A stretch of DNA of 60,238 nucleotides, filler included, from Myxococcota bacterium (lineage in GTDB: Bacteria > Myxococcota > Myxococcia > Myxococcales > Myxococcaceae): the NCBI GenBank assembly GCA_049322255.1. It is 6 parts of 6 records of this genome, joined end to end, with 100 filler letters (N's around TTAATTAATTAA, not from the genome) between each part and the next. Parts side by side here need not be neighbours in the genome. Positions count along the whole stretch, not along the records: positions 51,174 to 60,238 come from JBMORE010000136.1; 5 more parts are not named here. One strand, written 5' to 3'. Made by a program: the position numbers and the translations under genes. The notes beneath the pieces were generated by a model that saw nothing but the letters and a program-made list of their open reading frames with translations, did no database searches and was not told the origin of the DNA. The first letter of the stretch is position 1, and every line of letters starts with the position of its first letter. Positions 59,466 to 60,238 of this stretch are shown one piece after another.

Positions 59466-59876
59466 ATGTCTACCCCCGCCGTACAGAGCTACATGACACC
59501 TTGCCCCGTCACCATCCAACGTGGCAGCTCCTTGAGCCAGGCCGATGCCTTGATGCGACAGCACCGCATTCGCCACTTGCCGGTGGTGGACGGCCAGGTG
59601 CTCGTGGGCCTGCTCTCCCAGCGAGACATTCAACTCTTGAGCAACCTGCGCGGCCTCTACGGCGACGACATCACCGTCGAAGAGACGATGTCCACCGCAC
59701 CGCTGCAAGTGGCGTCCGACACCTCGGTGGAAGCGGCAGCCCAGCTCATGTGGGAGCGCAAGTTCGGCTCGGTCATCGTGGCCGACCGGGGAAAAATCGT
59801 CGGCCTGTTCACCACCACCGACGCTCTGCGCGCGCTCATCGAGCTTCTGGCCCGCGCGCGTCACAAGCCTGTCTGA
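59466..59876 (+). CDS. CBS-domain pair protein
   Basis: MRQHRIRHLPVVD..GLLSQRD; GSVIV..GLFTTTD; AAGGAG RBS. Confidence 0.9.
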   Translation: MSTPAVQSYMTPCPVTIQRGSSLSQADALMRQHRIRHLPVVDGQVLVGLLSQRDIQLLSNLRGLYGDDITVEETMSTAPLQVASDTSVEAAAQLMWERKFGSVIVADRGKIVGLFTTTDALRALIELLARARHKPV

Positions 59877-59880
59877 CCGC

Positions 59881-59924
59881 AAAAAAACAACGAGCCCGAA
59901 GGAACGCTCCGGGCCCTTTGCTTT
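59881..59924. terminator. possible bidirectional intrinsic terminator
   Basis: A-run, GCCCG..CGGGC hairpin and T-rich tail between convergent genes. Confidence 0.45.
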
Positions 59925-59942
59925 CAATCGACGCGAAATCGT

Positions 59943-60238
59943 TTACAGCACCAAGGCGTGAGGGTTGGCGCCGAAGGGCTCGGTAGGCGTCTTGAGCACC
60001 TTGCCCAGGTAGGCCCAGAAGGGGGCCACCGCCGGGCTGCCGGTGGGCAGGGTGACGTTGGCCGCCACCCGCCCAGTGGTTCCCACCCGTACGTATTTGC
60101 CGATGACTGTCGCGCTGAGCGACGAGGCGTGGTCGGAGCCGGGCAAGCTGCGCGCGAAGTCTCCCAGAATCGCCACCACCACGTTGCGGTTGGGGTCGGC
60201 CACCATGCGGTTGATGAAGGTGCGCAGCGACGGGAGGA
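59943..60238 (-). CDS. C-terminal fragment, DUF1501-like protein
   Basis: VVAILGDFARS....DH motif; frame open to window end. Confidence 0.55.
   Translation of the reverse strand, partial: LPSLRTFINRMVADPNRNVVVAILGDFARSLPGSDHASSLSATVIGKYVRVGTTGRVAANVTLPTGSPAVAPFWAYLGKVLKTPTEPFGANPHALVL

Overview
High-GC myxobacterial sequence; the Lon is close to Myxococcus LonD/BsgA, and the FHA-sigma54 activator, eukaryote-like kinase and Cys-rich lipoproteins fit. The window is not contiguous: six ~9-10 kb contigs are joined by artificial 100-nt N/TTAATTAATTAA linkers (10639, 21070, 31391, 41667, 51074), so gene neighbourhood only holds within a contig. Contig 1: RCC1 lipoprotein, Ser/Thr kinase-NTPase, FHA-sigma54 activator, boxR-boxC-boxB. 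Contig 2: decayed PIN gene, Cys-rich repeat lipoprotein, hybrid kinase, SOD, PLD, OYE, MNT-HEPN. Contig 3: fused LeuCD-like aconitase, thiolase, LeuA-like synthase, rhomboid-like protein, NTase cassette, Pro/Glu-rich protein. Contig 4: IS3-interrupted FG-GAP gene, lon, VWA lipoprotein, NlpC/P60, a B12 mutase with isobutyryl-CoA-mutase signature, HMG-CoA lyase. Contig 5: dnaE, TA cassette, glgP, M23 peptidase, TlpA, DDE transposase. Contig 6: cystathionine lyase/synthase, two rRNA methyltransferases, MBL hydrolase, FHA, CBS and others. The most notable signal is two independent, integrase-free, toxin-antitoxin-like micro-cassettes (0.87 and 1.6 kb). Each sits at the 3' end of a host gene and is bracketed by a second, mostly synonymously diverged copy of that gene's last codons and stop. 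A REP-like palindrome also occurs in frame inside protein-coding genes. All family calls come from motif recognition by eye; no database search was run.
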